Positions 10,537-23,415 are shown, counted from the stretch's first letter. The stretch is DNA of 64,000 nucleotides from Balanoglossus misakiensis (GCA_040954595.2 CM082597.2:6845849-6909848), one strand, 5' to 3'. The notes: generated by a model not told the origin, from the letters alone. Translations and numbers: made by a program.

Positions 10537-13500
10537 TCAATGTTAAGGCCTTGAAATCACGTTCATTATTTTCAGACATATAAGGAGATATATTCCATTT
10601 GGTCGACTTCACCATGTATCATTTTGATCAAATGGAGCCGAAAAATATATGCACCGTATTCTGCAGCGAGAGTTTTGTATACAATGATCATACAGGTGTG
10701 AAGGGCGGGGTCACTGACCGAACGCCAACATCCGGGTAGTCAAATCTGACCCCCTACAACTTGAAGTCGTGATTGAAAGAGCATAATACTTTGAAGTGTG
10801 ATTAAAAGAATATACGCTTTTGAGAATTGATTTATTAGACATTTTATTTACAAAGGCGAGAAATGAAGAAAAGACACTGCAGATGTAATTTTTGAGAGTT
10901 TTCAGTATTTCTATTTCTATTATTTTTCTTCATGATTATAGGCTGTGATGACAATCCGAATACTAGATATGTCAATATGTTGTAGGGTGTAGAACAAGAA
11001 ACGAGTGGATACATTGAATACAAGCACTGAATACAAGTACGGAAAATATAAACAAATGTTACAGCCGCTCCCCCTTTCAAAATTGGAAAAGAAAAACAAA
11101 GCCCGTTCAAAAAGTCAACCGGTTCAAACTTGAAAACATACAACGAAAACTTGACACTAATTTATAAAAAAAATATGTGAGATTATCTGCGTATATTTTA
11201 CATAATAGTGAATAATATAAAACCGCAACAGCCAACAGGCAGCCGTGACCAATTCGAATCGCATCACTAAGTGACATAACCTGAACAGTTATTTTATTTA
11301 TTCAGCAAATATTTTGATGCAGTGGTTATGAGTGTCGGCAACAACTACTCGGGAGACGACGTCATCAGTCAACGCGATGCCAGTTGGGAAGTTCAAGTTG
11401 TCATTACCGCTATCGACACGTGAGATGATTTTACCCTGCATGTCTAGTTTACTGACAGCAGATGTACCACGCACACCATGAGTTACATACAAGAATCTGT
11501 CACCGTGAATAGCCACACCTCGAGCACGGCGTATCTCTACTGATTCCATCACAACTTTACCATGCACATCGCAACCATACACACGATTCTTGTTATAGTC
11601 TGCCACGTACAATGTCCCTGTGCTGCCGATGTCCACAAAGTACGGCCCTTCGAAGGTCACGTGACCACTACCCTGCTTGCCCAGAGTTCTGACATGTTTT
11701 CCCTCTTGTGTGTACACTTCCACCAACCCACTGCCTCTACTGCACACGAACACGTTGCCATCGATTGGGTGAATTGAAATACCGATGGGGTCATTCAGTT
11801 CTCCCTGACCGAAGCATCTGATCAGGTGACCGTCGTCATCACTGACAACTACTTGATTATTGCCTCCATCTGTCGTGAAGTACGCATTGTCGGGTGAGAT
11901 GGCTACATCCTGGGGTTGGAATGACTTCTTAAATTTGGTGAAAGTTATGCTTTTCTTGAAGTTCCAGTCTTTGTCGAATATTTGTAGGCGACTGTTGTTT
12001 CTGTCCGCGATGACGAAATTTCCGTTTTTGTCTTTTGTGATTCCCCAGGGATAAGAAAAGTTGCCGTCTTCACTTCCCAGCTTACCGATGGTTCTAATCA
12101 GACCAGGTGCACGCGTAGAAAATTCAAATGGTGATCCGGGTAAGCTCTGGTTATCCATCGTCATGGAAACACGGTAGGTGCCTTTACTGTGTGCAGTGAT
12201 GACTGTAGTATGTGTTCCGTCGAAATTGTTACGAAATTCAAGCTGATTCGTTTCACCGTTCGGTTTCCGTACAGAGCCGATGATTTTCTGTCTCGGAATG
12301 ACGTCACAGCCCCTACTGTCTCTAGTCCGGACAACAACACGTGCAGAATCGCCGCGGAAAATTTGTTTTGGTACGTTTTCGATGACGCATTTCTTTACAC
12401 ATGCATCAGCTGTTATCCATCCAAAGTCGTCAACATTGATGTCTGATTTCCCCTCGAATTCGAATTCATCCTTCTGCTCTTCATACTCATCTGACGCGTC
12501 CAGAAGTTCACGGGCGCGGCGCGTCGTTTCTGGTCGCGTGGACAGCAAGTGCGCGGCATTCCCGTGATGCATCACAGTCTCTGCGTAAGTACGCACGCTG
12601 GAGACGTTCCCGAAATTGAAATCAAACTCTTGAATGAGAATATCCATGTGCTTCACTCTCACGTCGCTTTCTCTTTGTAACCCATCCACCAATCTTTGCT
12701 GATTGTTTCTTATCCTTTGAATGAGTTCCTCTGCTTTCCTGTTGACCTTTTCCTGTTCTTGAAGACAGTGCGTCTGAATTCTGTCACGTGATGTCTTCAT
12801 CGCCTTCAGGCTGCTTTGAACCTTGCCCTCTTTCGCTTTCAGTCTTTCAATGTCGTCTCGTAGCTGTTCTCGGTATTCCGCGGCAGCTTCTTCCAGGTAC
12901 CTGTGCGCATGCTCCGGTACTCGATGGTCGACCACTGTGCACTCAACGCAGACGGGTGCCTGGCAAGTATCGCAGTAAAACTTTAACTTGCTGTCTGCAT
13001 GGACCGAACAGTTAACCGCGTGTTCTGCCACTGACTGCCGAGTGGACTTCGGTTCGCTGTGTTCGGCTATTGTCATCACTTCGTGTGAACTCGTCGCTTT
13101 AAATTTTTTATGTGCTTTGGCACAACTTTCACAGACATACTGGGCGCAGTCTACGCAAACGTGCGACACTGCGTTATCTTCACAAATTTCACAAATGTCA
13201 TGTTTTTCTCCAGACATCGCCTTTCTCCTCTCGATCACCAAATCAACCAGAGATTCCATCCAGAAATTTCCTTTCAATCCACTTACCCCGCCTCCAGGAA
13301 GTCGACAGAGCGTTTTACAGGTTGGACAATTCAAGGCGCCATGTTTCTCCACCCAGGTGCACAAACACTGCTCACAGAACGTGTGTAGACACGGCAGAAC
13401 TTTCGGGTGCTTGTACGCTCCAGGCAGATCGAACAGGCGACGTAATCGTCGTCGATTTTGTTGAGGAAATCGTCTAAATCAGCGGAGACGGCCATCGTTA

Positions 13501-14871
13501 CTCAAAATCTGATTGGTAACTGAATGGAACTGTGGCCCACTTCGGGGTTTGTTCGTTTAGAACCTCTCAGTTTAGTGAGAATTATCAATACGGGAGATTT
13601 TCAAGATGGCGGGCATCCATCCATGTGATAATATAAAACACAACTTTCCTCTCTTTTGTGTTTTATTAACTTCAGTAAAAACTTCAAGGCATTTAATGCA
13701 ATAATACGAATATCAACTTGCTTTCCAACCCTCGTGGGATTTAATAAGTCAATATTGTCAACGACTTAGGTGGTTTTAAGAGCATTGTTAGTCAGATGAG
13801 AAGTTTGCACGTAGAGACGATAACAAGAATGATTTACCACTCAAACAATGCTAATGTCGACAGGTAGCGATAACTGTACTAGCTAAGTGCGGCGCGGGTT
13901 AATTTTCAAGCGCCAAAGATCATTACCCGACTGGTTGCTTAGAGACGGGTTTTGAATGACAGGAGTATGGATCGATGAACATGTTGTACATGCCATGGTC
14001 CACTTGCCGCGTATTCAACAGAAGTGGGGACTTATTGTTCAGTTCGGCGAACTTAAACAGAAAGAAAATCAAGTGACCCAAATTATATGTCAGTCTCCTC
14101 TGAATTCGCTCTCCAAAATAATTCAACAGCTCTAGTATAGCCTTAACCAGAATGGCATAATATGATATGACGGGACGTAAGCCAAATCAGTTATCTGCAG
14201 AGCAATGAAAAGAAAAGGAAAGTTGTACATTTGGTGGGCGTTTTTCAACGCCTGCCACAAGTTTCTGTGTAAAAAATATTGATGTCAAAAATTGGAATTT
14301 GAAAATGTCAAAACTGCGACACCTTAAGATCAAATTCGATTATTTTTGTCAAGTTATCGGTACCGCCTGTCAATCAGCTACTTTTTTCTTATTTTCACTT
14401 TGTTGTGCTGCTACCGAGAAGTAATGAATTCCCCTGACATCAGAATGCAAATTAGGCCAAAGGTCACAATATGAGGGGACAACTCAAAATATGGTCTTGT
14501 GAAAGTTTTCAGTTAAGAAGTTGTAGACCAGATGTCGTTATCCGATGAATGCATCAACAAAGATACAATGAATACAGAACAATTGGAAACAAAATTTTTA
14601 ATTAAACAGTCAAAATGGATAACACACTTTGGTATGGCTGAAAAATGTGTTTCCTGTAACTTGATCTAATCTGGTTTAACCCCCCACCCAAGGTTTTATT
14701 CTCCGTTTTAAAGAAAATCTCACCGAATAACGCGAGATTGTGCAAATTTGGTCCCGAAATTCAACATGATTACTTTCTCATCGCAAGCATATCTATCGTG
14801 TCATTGGGAGAAATGGTAAAACTTCCTTCAGTTTTATTTTACAATAAAATTTAAAATAATAAGTTCCTGCC
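10537..14871 (+). repeat. Segmental tandem duplication unit B (TRIM-NHL copy 2)
   Basis: Collinear with 3392-7182. Confidence 0.9.
11298..13495 (-). pseudogene. TRIM-NHL paralog 2 with a 1-bp deletion in the RING (pseudogene, RING-less variant or sequencing error)
   Basis: The ATG at 13495 is equivalent to 6319. The span is 2198 nt versus 2199; TTGTACCGCTC in copy 1 is TTGTACGCTC at ~13416. The downstream 688-codon frame is open. Confidence 0.85.
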
Positions 14872-16857
14872 TATATATGTGGCATTGACCAATGAGGTAT
14901 AGTGAGACAAATGCCATGTGCGTGTTGAGGCATTTCTGAGCCACTTCTAGGCAGAGATTCGGTTCTTGTTCATCCAATTTTTTCGCCGCCAGTTTTTAGG
15001 CATTTGTAACATTAGTATACAGTTTACAAGTGTGAAGATGCTACCTGTATTGTATAGACATGTAGTTTTGGGAGGAGAGTTTTACAGTTTTAAAGCAGTT
15101 TCATTAACTGTGTTTCATTAAAGGTTTAATACATTGTATCCATATCACATGTATTTGTAAATCTGGTGGTAAGCCGGTGAGGTCCAACACCACACCTCGA
15201 GTCCTATCATGCATGGCAAATGGACTGCAGGTTTTCAGAGTATTTTCCAATTTGGCTGAAAGGTTTATCTCTGTTTTTTCCTGACCCGCTAGATAGGGTG
15301 CTGACAGGATTTTTACCACACAGACAAAGTCATGGTTTATCTCTTACAATAGTTACGTAACTATGTTCAGTGTGAGGTTCACGTCTCTGTACGAGTTTTC
15401 ACAGTTCGCTTTCTAGTTGCAAATAAACAAGGCCGACTGCTCTATGGTCTGGCTGTCATCATCATATTTTGGTCTACTGTGTGTAGCGTTAGTATGCAAC
15501 AATGTGTGAGAGAGGGCTACTGCATGGCAGTGGAGTCAAGACGCATTATAATATGCTGGCCAGGTTTTTGGCCAAGATGGCGGGTCGGACCTGACCCCTT
15601 TCCCTTTAGCGTGGCGCAGCCAGCGGTGGGAATGGGGCAGGGGACCAGACTACAGCTTTTCCGAAAACGGTTGCCTGCTGCGCACTCGCGCACCAGAACA
15701 CTAAGACGGTGATGTCGTCTGCGACCGAGACCATCTTGATGACAGCAGAGAAATTTCCCGGTTTGTGCTACTGTCCGATGAGGTGCGCGCGCGTGCGTGT
15801 GTGTCTGTGCGTGTGCACGTCTGGATGTGTTAATACAATTATAGTAAGCTGGATACTGGGCGTTTCATCATGCTTCAGGAGTTAAACAAGAAACTGCAGT
15901 TGAAACAAACATACTGACAACATAGTCGCAAATTACAGCAATGAAGCTCTAATATACATATTTCAAAGTTCCCAGAAATACTAACCAAAGGCACCACAAA
16001 GATTAACTCAGATGGATTATTAATTGGCTATTAAATTCTGGGAAATCTTATACTGAGAACGCCAGTTTACATATTTAGTGGCAAATCATATTTTTTTCAC
16101 AGCGTATATAGATTCGTGCTTTTTTACCACAGGACAGGGGAGTTTCAAAAGTTTTCTACGGGAGAGCAATAGTCGAAACACAACTTGAAAAGATGCCGTC
16201 TTCAAACAGTCGTTCCGTCCGGTTTTCGCTCGAAATCCAGTCCGGTTTCCACAGTAGACAGTGGCCGGTCTGCAGAGGTTTCTTAACACAGGGCGTCTAT
16301 GGGAGTGGGCAGGGACTGAAAAAATCGTTCGGTATGGACAGTGGTCCGGTTTTGACAGGTTTTACAGTATATGGGATTTGATTCGGGTGTCGAAACTATC
16401 CGACAGTATCCGATACTATCAAAATTATTAGAATGTGTTAACAAATGTAAAAAAAAAAGTGGAAAGTGATAATTAAAGCAATGAAGCTGATCCACACTTC
16501 AACTGTTTTTGAAAGACGCATCACTCGTGGGATTATCCTACAGTTTGTACCCCGAACACAGAGGACAATAATTGTAGCCTTGGTGGGCTGGTTGATAGAC
16601 TCTCTCACAACCCCTCTCGCCGTACTCATGCAGGCTTATGGTCTGATTGCACGTGTGCCCTGGGGCTTCTCCTTTGCTAAACGGTTGAGGGCGCGTCAGT
16701 GAATAACTGTGGGCTGTGAGAGGGTTAGTCTGGTCCCCTGCCCCAATCCCACCGCTCGCTGTTCAATGTTCCCAAGTAAAACGGGGTGGCAGCTGCAGAG
16801 ACGAGTATAACCTTCGCGTTGAAATGAACTGTTTAAATAGTAAATTATTGAACCAAC

Positions 16858-17011
16858 CTATTCGAAGAGCACATTGGTCACAGTGCTTCCCTGTCATCGC
16901 ATCGGTCTTACAGAGACAAATATAACCTCTGCCATCGCACTGTGCTTCACACACTCCTGGCGGTGAGCACGGTGAACTTGCACATGCGTCAGCTTGGCAA
17001 TGACCAGAAAC
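16858..17011 (-). CDS. EGF-like exon (phase 0-1) of the putative secreted EGF/kringle gene
   Basis: VSGHCQADACASSPCSPPGVCEAQCDGRGYICLCKTDAMTGKHCDQ shows EGF cysteine spacing. Polypyrimidine/AG acceptor at 17013-17012; GTTGGT donor after 16858 (less certain). Confidence 0.7.
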
Positions 17012-17406
17012 CTAAAAAACAAACAAGTGTCACATTAAAAACGTCTTGACAAGTTAAAGCCCCAAGAGCTGCCACTTTTTGCATTATTTTCATGATTTTA
17101 CTTTCCAAGTTAGATTGGTCGATCTAAATAAATAAGCTTACCGATATGCATATACATGAACATCTGATCAACGACAGGTTTTAAGCTACCTAAGTGAGTG
17201 ATGAAAATCTCATATGGTCGATGTCAGAAGATGGTAAGAAATATACTAGCCAACTGTGACGTGAATTTAGTATCACCAAAATGAGTATTTGGGAGCCAGA
17301 GTGTTGTGCAGAAAAGAGCTCACACGTACACATTTGAATATGGTGTAACTAGATTGTAATTCACCAAAAACAACGAAATACAGAAATTATGCACATAAAA
17401 TGCCTC

Positions 17407-17953
17407 TGTAGGAACTATCTATAATAATGCGGGTGATGAAAAGTTTTGCACACAAAAACTCACGACAAGAGCAATGTCCAGAGTCCCCGAGCGAAGAACG
17501 ACGAAGCAAGGCCCGGCAACCGACGAAACGGCGATTTCCTGGACCTGGAACGGAGCTGCTGGCTTCACGACTGTTCGGAGACGGTCGACGGTGAGTGGAC
17601 AATGCAGACGTAAACGCAGGTAGGTGACCGATGTCTCGCAACCGATGACTGGTAGGCTGGAAGGCACAACAGACGAACGCACGCCCAACCAACACGGACA
17701 CGGACGGTGACTCTGTACCCTGAAGCAACACGCGGTGACCAGAGGAACGGTGGAAGTAGAGTGGAGCCCCTAGGACCTGAAGCATCGACCTTTTACATAT
17801 GACCAGTTTTGCATCACAACCGTTTCAAACGCGGTCTCAGAAGCTGATTGGCGTACTCGATGCCACATAACAGATGCAACACTTGCAACATGTTAATAAC
17901 CCGCTCAGTTACCTACTCTAACTTGTAAACACCATGTGCTTGTGTCTACTACA
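17407..17953 (+). mobile_element. Possible solo LTR
   Basis: GC-rich island bounded by TGTAG...CTACA. No TSD found, so weak. Confidence 0.25.
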
Positions 17954-18276
17954 CGTTACTTCACAGAACTGCCGTTCACAAAACAGAATTCAAAAGCAAA
18001 AAGTCGTCACTGTACAGACCGGTGACCATGTAAATCATATCGTGACAGTCGACACAATTTCAAGATAGAGAGCTTGGCATAACATGAATTTGAATCTTTA
18101 ATCATTCAGAATTGCATGAAACAGATGCAATTATCAGGGAATTTGAGCGAACATCGTTGAAACTTGCAACACGCATTTCCAGAAAGTTCGGCATTTGAAA
18201 GTTGGATCAGTTCAGTTTTCGACCAAGATGCCATTTTTGGCCTGATAACATTTGGACGAGCAACATCAAGAGTTAA

Positions 18277-18408
18277 AGGGACAAAGTCTCTCTCTCTCGC
18301 TGCCCTTTTGCCATTAATTATGTTTGATACAAGACACCGTTTATGTTATTCTACATGTGCATATATATTGAATCAACGTTCAACCACACACAACGAAACT
18401 TTGTCCCT
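18277..18408. mobile_element. TTAA-flanked MITE with AGGGACAAAGT TIRs (Kolobok-like)
   Basis: TTAA|AGGGACAAAGT...ACTTTGTCCCT|TTAA; the family is also at 23840, 31703, 38265 and 56915. Confidence 0.8.
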
Positions 18409-19383
18409 TTAATTTAAACTTAAAAGCTTCGACGGGCAATAATTCTATGTAAAATTTTACATTGGAAACTTCTTGGTAGTTTCATATGGAAGACTCCAGA
18501 TTTTCCTGTCATGTCTCGCTTCGAATGGTAGAACACGTTCTCGGTTGATGTCGAGTGATGGTGACGATGGTGAAGCATGGACGGGAACGCGTGTGGAGTG
18601 TATATTTAAAACGCCGATGACTTTATTTAGAAAGGTCAGCCGTGGACATACAGGACAAGCCTGCAGTCCCGGCTGGACCAGCGGAACGACCGCACTCCTA
18701 GAATTGTCGAACTGAACTAACCAACTCACTAAAATACAGATCATTTTAAAACACATCAAACTGCCCACGTGGGGTCTTTACAAAACAATATTGTTCTTCG
18801 CCTAAGCTGTGAACGCCGGTAGTCAAATGTAAGTTCAGCCAGCCACCATGCAGTACGTAAAATTCTTCACGTGAGTGTGAATTGGTGATTTTGGATGGAA
18901 TTTCTGGCGTTCTCACAACCCCTATCCAACTCTAAATTGATGTCATGACATTCCCATGAAAAGCTATTGTTTGGATGACGTTTTTAATCAAGTGTTTATA
19001 GCCATTCTGCCATGTAAATACGGAAACGCAGTAGAATGCTTTAATTATATAAATATAAATGATCTATTTTATTACTAATGCCAATATTCGGACACAATTT
19101 GATTTACTTTGTGATAATTTGATCTTGAAAATAGTCTGAACATATTTTTCATTTCTCTGTTATACTTGTTTATTTTCTTTTTAAAAAATTACACTGATAA
19201 TATTTTTGTTGAAAACAAGTAATTTGCAAAACAAATACCAAGGTAGTTTCATAGCACGATACGATTTTTCTGGATATCTTATAATCACAGACTAATAGTG
19301 CATACAAATCTGAGTTGCATGCTTGTCTTGGTAAAATTGACCACGTCAGTCCTGAATGGAGCGTTGCTTATTTCTTACATTAC

Positions 19384-19491
19384 CTGTTTGGATTGATAAC
19401 GTGACGCGTGTCCTGCTTCGGCTGTTGAGATGACTGGTTGTCGAAGCACGACCAAGACTGCGATGAAAGCAGATGATATCAGACGACTCAT
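19384..19491 (-). CDS. Signal-peptide first coding exon (phase 0) of the putative EGF/kringle gene
   Basis: MSRLISSAFIAVLVVLRQPVISTAEAGHASRYQSKQ followed by a CAG|GTAATG donor. Hydrophobic N-terminus; phase matches the EGF exon. Confidence 0.55.
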
Positions 19492-19831
19492 GTTTCCAAA
19501 GACTGTCAGTATCCCCTTTCGCTGAACGGTGATGGTGTTTACGAGTACACCTCTCGCACGGGCGCTCCTATGAATGTGATAGCAGATCAACTTGCTTTTA
19601 AATGATAGGGTTGGTCCTGCTGGGCTTTTCGCTTATAGTAATCGTTAATGATACGTACACCACACAAACCCTTGGTATGCCCCCACGTGCTTAAGCTTCT
19701 TAACGATACCTTACAAGATTAATAAGGATTTCTGAAACTCTAAAGCGTCCTAAGGACTCAACTTTTTTTATTGAATATTTGGATGTATTCTAATTCTTCG
19801 ATATCAAATGACGTCAGACGCGCTCAGGCGG

Positions 19832-20066
19832 CAGTTACGTTGGCATTCAAATTTTCAGAAACGTGGTGCAGACAAAGACTTTGCAGACGAAACTCCATGA
19901 GGCTGATGAGGCACCATGTCTGATACATGTTACGTGTTTGGCGGTTCTAAAGTAAAAACATAATTGGAAAAACTTTTACTGGATGCCGAGATATTGTTTG
20001 CCCGTCATCTGGAAATGACGACGCCGTGGGTCACATGGCCAGATCACGTGATTGATAGTAAAGAAT
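19832..20066 (+). repeat. Interspersed repeat; inverted copy at 33336-33592
   Basis: CAGTTACGTTGGCATTCAAA...GATCACGTGATTGATAGTAAAGAAT matches the reverse complement of 33336-33592. Confidence 0.75.
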
Positions 20067-20547
20067 TTTCAATATAGTCCCCTGACTTTTGATAACCATA
20101 GTGACGTCATTTCGTCCGACTTAATCCGTAAGAGTAATTGTAGATTTCACATAAAATCGACAAAAGCCTCACCGCAGATCTAAATGGATTAAGTCCCCAG
20201 CTTTAAAAGTAGAAGTTAGACATATGCAGGAAATTTCATTTAACATTTAACGCAATTGGAAGAACAAGTTGCATGTTGGGATACACTGCACGAATTAATA
20301 TTGCAATAAAGTAACACTCACCGTAATCCGACGTTTCGGCAAATCCCTTGATGAAATGCGATACTTTACAAGTATTTATTTATAATAGCGTGTTATACAT
20401 GTTAATTTGCAGTCCACTGCGCGTTAAATTTCTACTGGAATGAAATTGATATTATCTAAATACCCAACTAAGCTCGCATTTTAAATCAAGGACAAACACA
20501 TGCTCGGGATAGTACATGTACTTGTCATCAGCAATAGCATGGATAAC

Positions 20548-20760
20548 TAGTCTAGTATCTCGCCGTATTTTGTCCGCTTTGCATCCAAAACTAACGTCTA
20601 GCCTCACGCATGCCACTGGCCCAATAACACCCCTTACCCCTGGCTGGGAATTGCGTCCCTCTGAAGTCAATCAGAGACTTTGTTTTTCCTATGATTGGAA
20701 CAAGGATATGCATTTGTGTAATTAAGCAAAGCGGACGAAATACGGCAAGATACTAGACTA
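20548..20760. mobile_element. MITE with TAGTCTAGTATCT TIRs and 9-bp TSD
   Basis: About 35-bp TIRs (TAGTCTAGTATCTCGCCGTATTTTGTCCGCTTTGC / GCAAAGCGGACGAAATACGGCAAGATACTAGACTA). TSD ATGGATAAC / ATGGCTAAC with one mismatch. Confidence 0.85.
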
Positions 20761-21726
20761 ATGGCTAACATGCAATGCTACAATATACTGTGAGAAAATA
20801 TTGCTGGGAATTTATGTATGCAGCGAAGTCTTTTACACACACCGTAACCAGATACTTTAGCAAAGCGTTTATGAAAATATGGCGCTCGAATTTATCGGAA
20901 ATCAGTATTACATGTTAATGAGCAGTCTTCCGCGCTTCTTACAGGCATAAAATAGAAAATTCATGTTGTTTAAATATCGATTCCAAGTGATATGATCTGT
21001 AGGGAAGTCGGAGGAGTATGAGAGGGACCTGAAAATGGAGAGTATCTGACAAAACGCGAGTATCTGACAAAAATGACCAATTACTGTACTTCCAGTGTCC
21101 TGGAAGTTGTTGGTTGACTGCAGTCACAGACACCCACACAGAAAGAATGGTTACAAGAAAAGGCTCAATTTATTCATCACGTAGTGTAAAAGAATTATGT
21201 CAATATTTGAAAAAAAATGTTAAGCTGTGACATGAAATACTAGTGTATGGTAGACAAATAATGATTCATGTATCAGCAGTGTCTCTCTGACAACAAAACA
21301 GATTTATATCTAAACTGTGCTACAAACTTGTGACTGGTAGACAAATTCGTTGTGAAAAGTCGTAGCTAACACTGGATTTTCTTCAAGAGGTAAATCCTTA
21401 TAATGTACATGTTTTCCGAAATACCATACCCTGAAACGATCGATAATCATATTGTTTTTTATGGCGTTTCAATCTACTTGTTAATGGCTCCACTGGAGCC
21501 GAACTGTTTTAAACTTTCCATCACCGTTGTTGCAGCATGCTAACATCAGATAGCACTGTACAATTTTTTTCACATCAACAACCGATCAGCATAACTAGTT
21601 CAAACAATGGGAACATGGCATCATTGGTTACAACATTGTATTTTGATCAGGAATTGTATCGAATGCCGAACTGTTGATATTGATGTAAATGTCATTGACA
21701 ATGATGGTTTTAATGGCTCTTTCTAA

Positions 21727-22066
21727 GGCCAAAAAAAAATATGTGCTGTTCCGATTACCTGACCTACCCTAATTTTAACCCGCCAACTCTAGACTTTTTA
21801 GAGCTTCGTAAACCCGGAAGTAACATAACGATGTGAAATATACGAAATAGATGAAAATCGCATGAATCACGCGAGAACTATGACGAAATCGTGCACATCA
21901 CGCAATACTATGACGTCATTCTTCTACATTACTGGTTCTTCTGATGTTAAATGCGCATTAAGAAATAATTCCCTACCTACCTACCTACCTACCTACCTAC
22001 CTATCTACCTACCATCCTATTTTCGAAAACAATGTAATCGGAACAGCACATATTATTTTTTTGGCC
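21727..22066. mobile_element. PIF/Harbinger-like MITE (GGCCAAAA TIR, TAA TSD)
   Basis: TAA|GGCCAAAAAAAAATATGTGCTGTTCCGATTAC...GTAATCGGAACAGCACATATT..TTGGCC|TAA with an internal (CTAC)n. Confidence 0.85.
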
Positions 22067-22819
22067 TAAGGATAAACAAATCGTGTCTTTTAGAGCTTGC
22101 TTGTCTGACACGCATGTTCCAGCTTTCGGATCGACGGCAACTGCGTCTATTGCAGTTTCTAGCTCACCAAAATTGAAACTACCCTCGGCTGCCGCCATCT
22201 TGGATCACAATGACTTCTGGGAAGTTACGCGCATGCGTGTGAGACAAGCCAGACGCTTTAAATACATCCTTTGGTGATAATGGTTGAACATGTGGAATTG
22301 ACTTTCTATTCTTTTGTCGGCATTAAAAAAACAGTATTACCTAATCTACAGAAAACGCAACATATCAAATGTCTGATAAATATTACATGTGAAATGCACA
22401 AATATTTACATTATAAACAATAATTCCTAGCAATATCCATTCAATGGATAGAAGCTAATTCTCGCCAATTTTCATAATTTTTGTCCAGTGTGTCAAGTAC
22501 TATATCGTTTTTTCCCTCCGTGAACTTGTGAACACAGATTTATTCAACAGGTTCCAAGAGTTCACGACATGAGCACCAGTTTATAACATTCACGACTTCT
22601 TCAAAGTGCGGCATTTTTCCAAAAAAAAAAACCTAAACTGTAGTATTACCTTTTTAAGTTGTCAAAAAAAGCTGTGATTTCTATATACAATCTATGCTGG
22701 CATTCTCAATACTGAACAATTCAAAATGCCTTAGGACCAGAACAGAAAAAAATGTAGTTGACATACTGAACAAAAATTGCGGAAAGTGTCCTTAAGTTCC
22801 TTTATGGAACTTTCTCTAG

Positions 22820-23415
22820 TTATGCAGTTGATTCTCGTTCCATATCCAAACTGTGAGGACCAATACTGCTTTGCGATGCAGAAAAATGAACCATTTGTGC
22901 TGATGACGTTGACGACGGACTTGGCGTATCCAAGATTCCATTCAGTGACGTCACTTGGACCCCAGGCATCTCACTGGCGTTGACATTTGACTCACTCTTC
23001 GTTCTTTGTGGCACGTTAGATATTTGACCGCCTTGGTTTTGAAGAATGTCCAAAATCATTCGGGTTGTTCTTGTGAAATTGAGTTCGAAGTTTTCAAGAC
23101 TTCTCTCTAAACCGTTGATCCGCGCTATGACGTCATGTTGCGTCTTTGCGTGGCCTGACGCATGGCAACCAACAGAGTCAGTATCTGCCCCAAGGGATTC
23201 TGGGACAGTAGTTTTGGCGGGAGATTTCTTTGAGTAATCCGGTTTGAAATTTGGCTGCATTTTGACATCAGTGCGAATCTCTCGCATTCGACGATTCATT
23301 TCGGGGGTTGGGCATAAGGTTTTATTTCGTGTTGTTTCCAAAGATTTGCTTCTGTCTTTACTTCCTATATTTGGCCCGTTGGGAGGACCTCGGGTACCTC
23401 CTCCAGGTTCTTTAC
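22820..23415 (-). CDS. ERG channel last exon (C-terminal coiled coil)
   Basis: [32 protein letters not shown] resembles the ERG C-terminal coiled coil; CAG acceptor at 23418-23416. Confidence 0.8.

Noticed and set aside
18457-18768. Possible extra exon of the EGF/kringle gene
   Set aside because: No domain recognised, and the only apparent donor gives a phase incompatible with the EGF exon.
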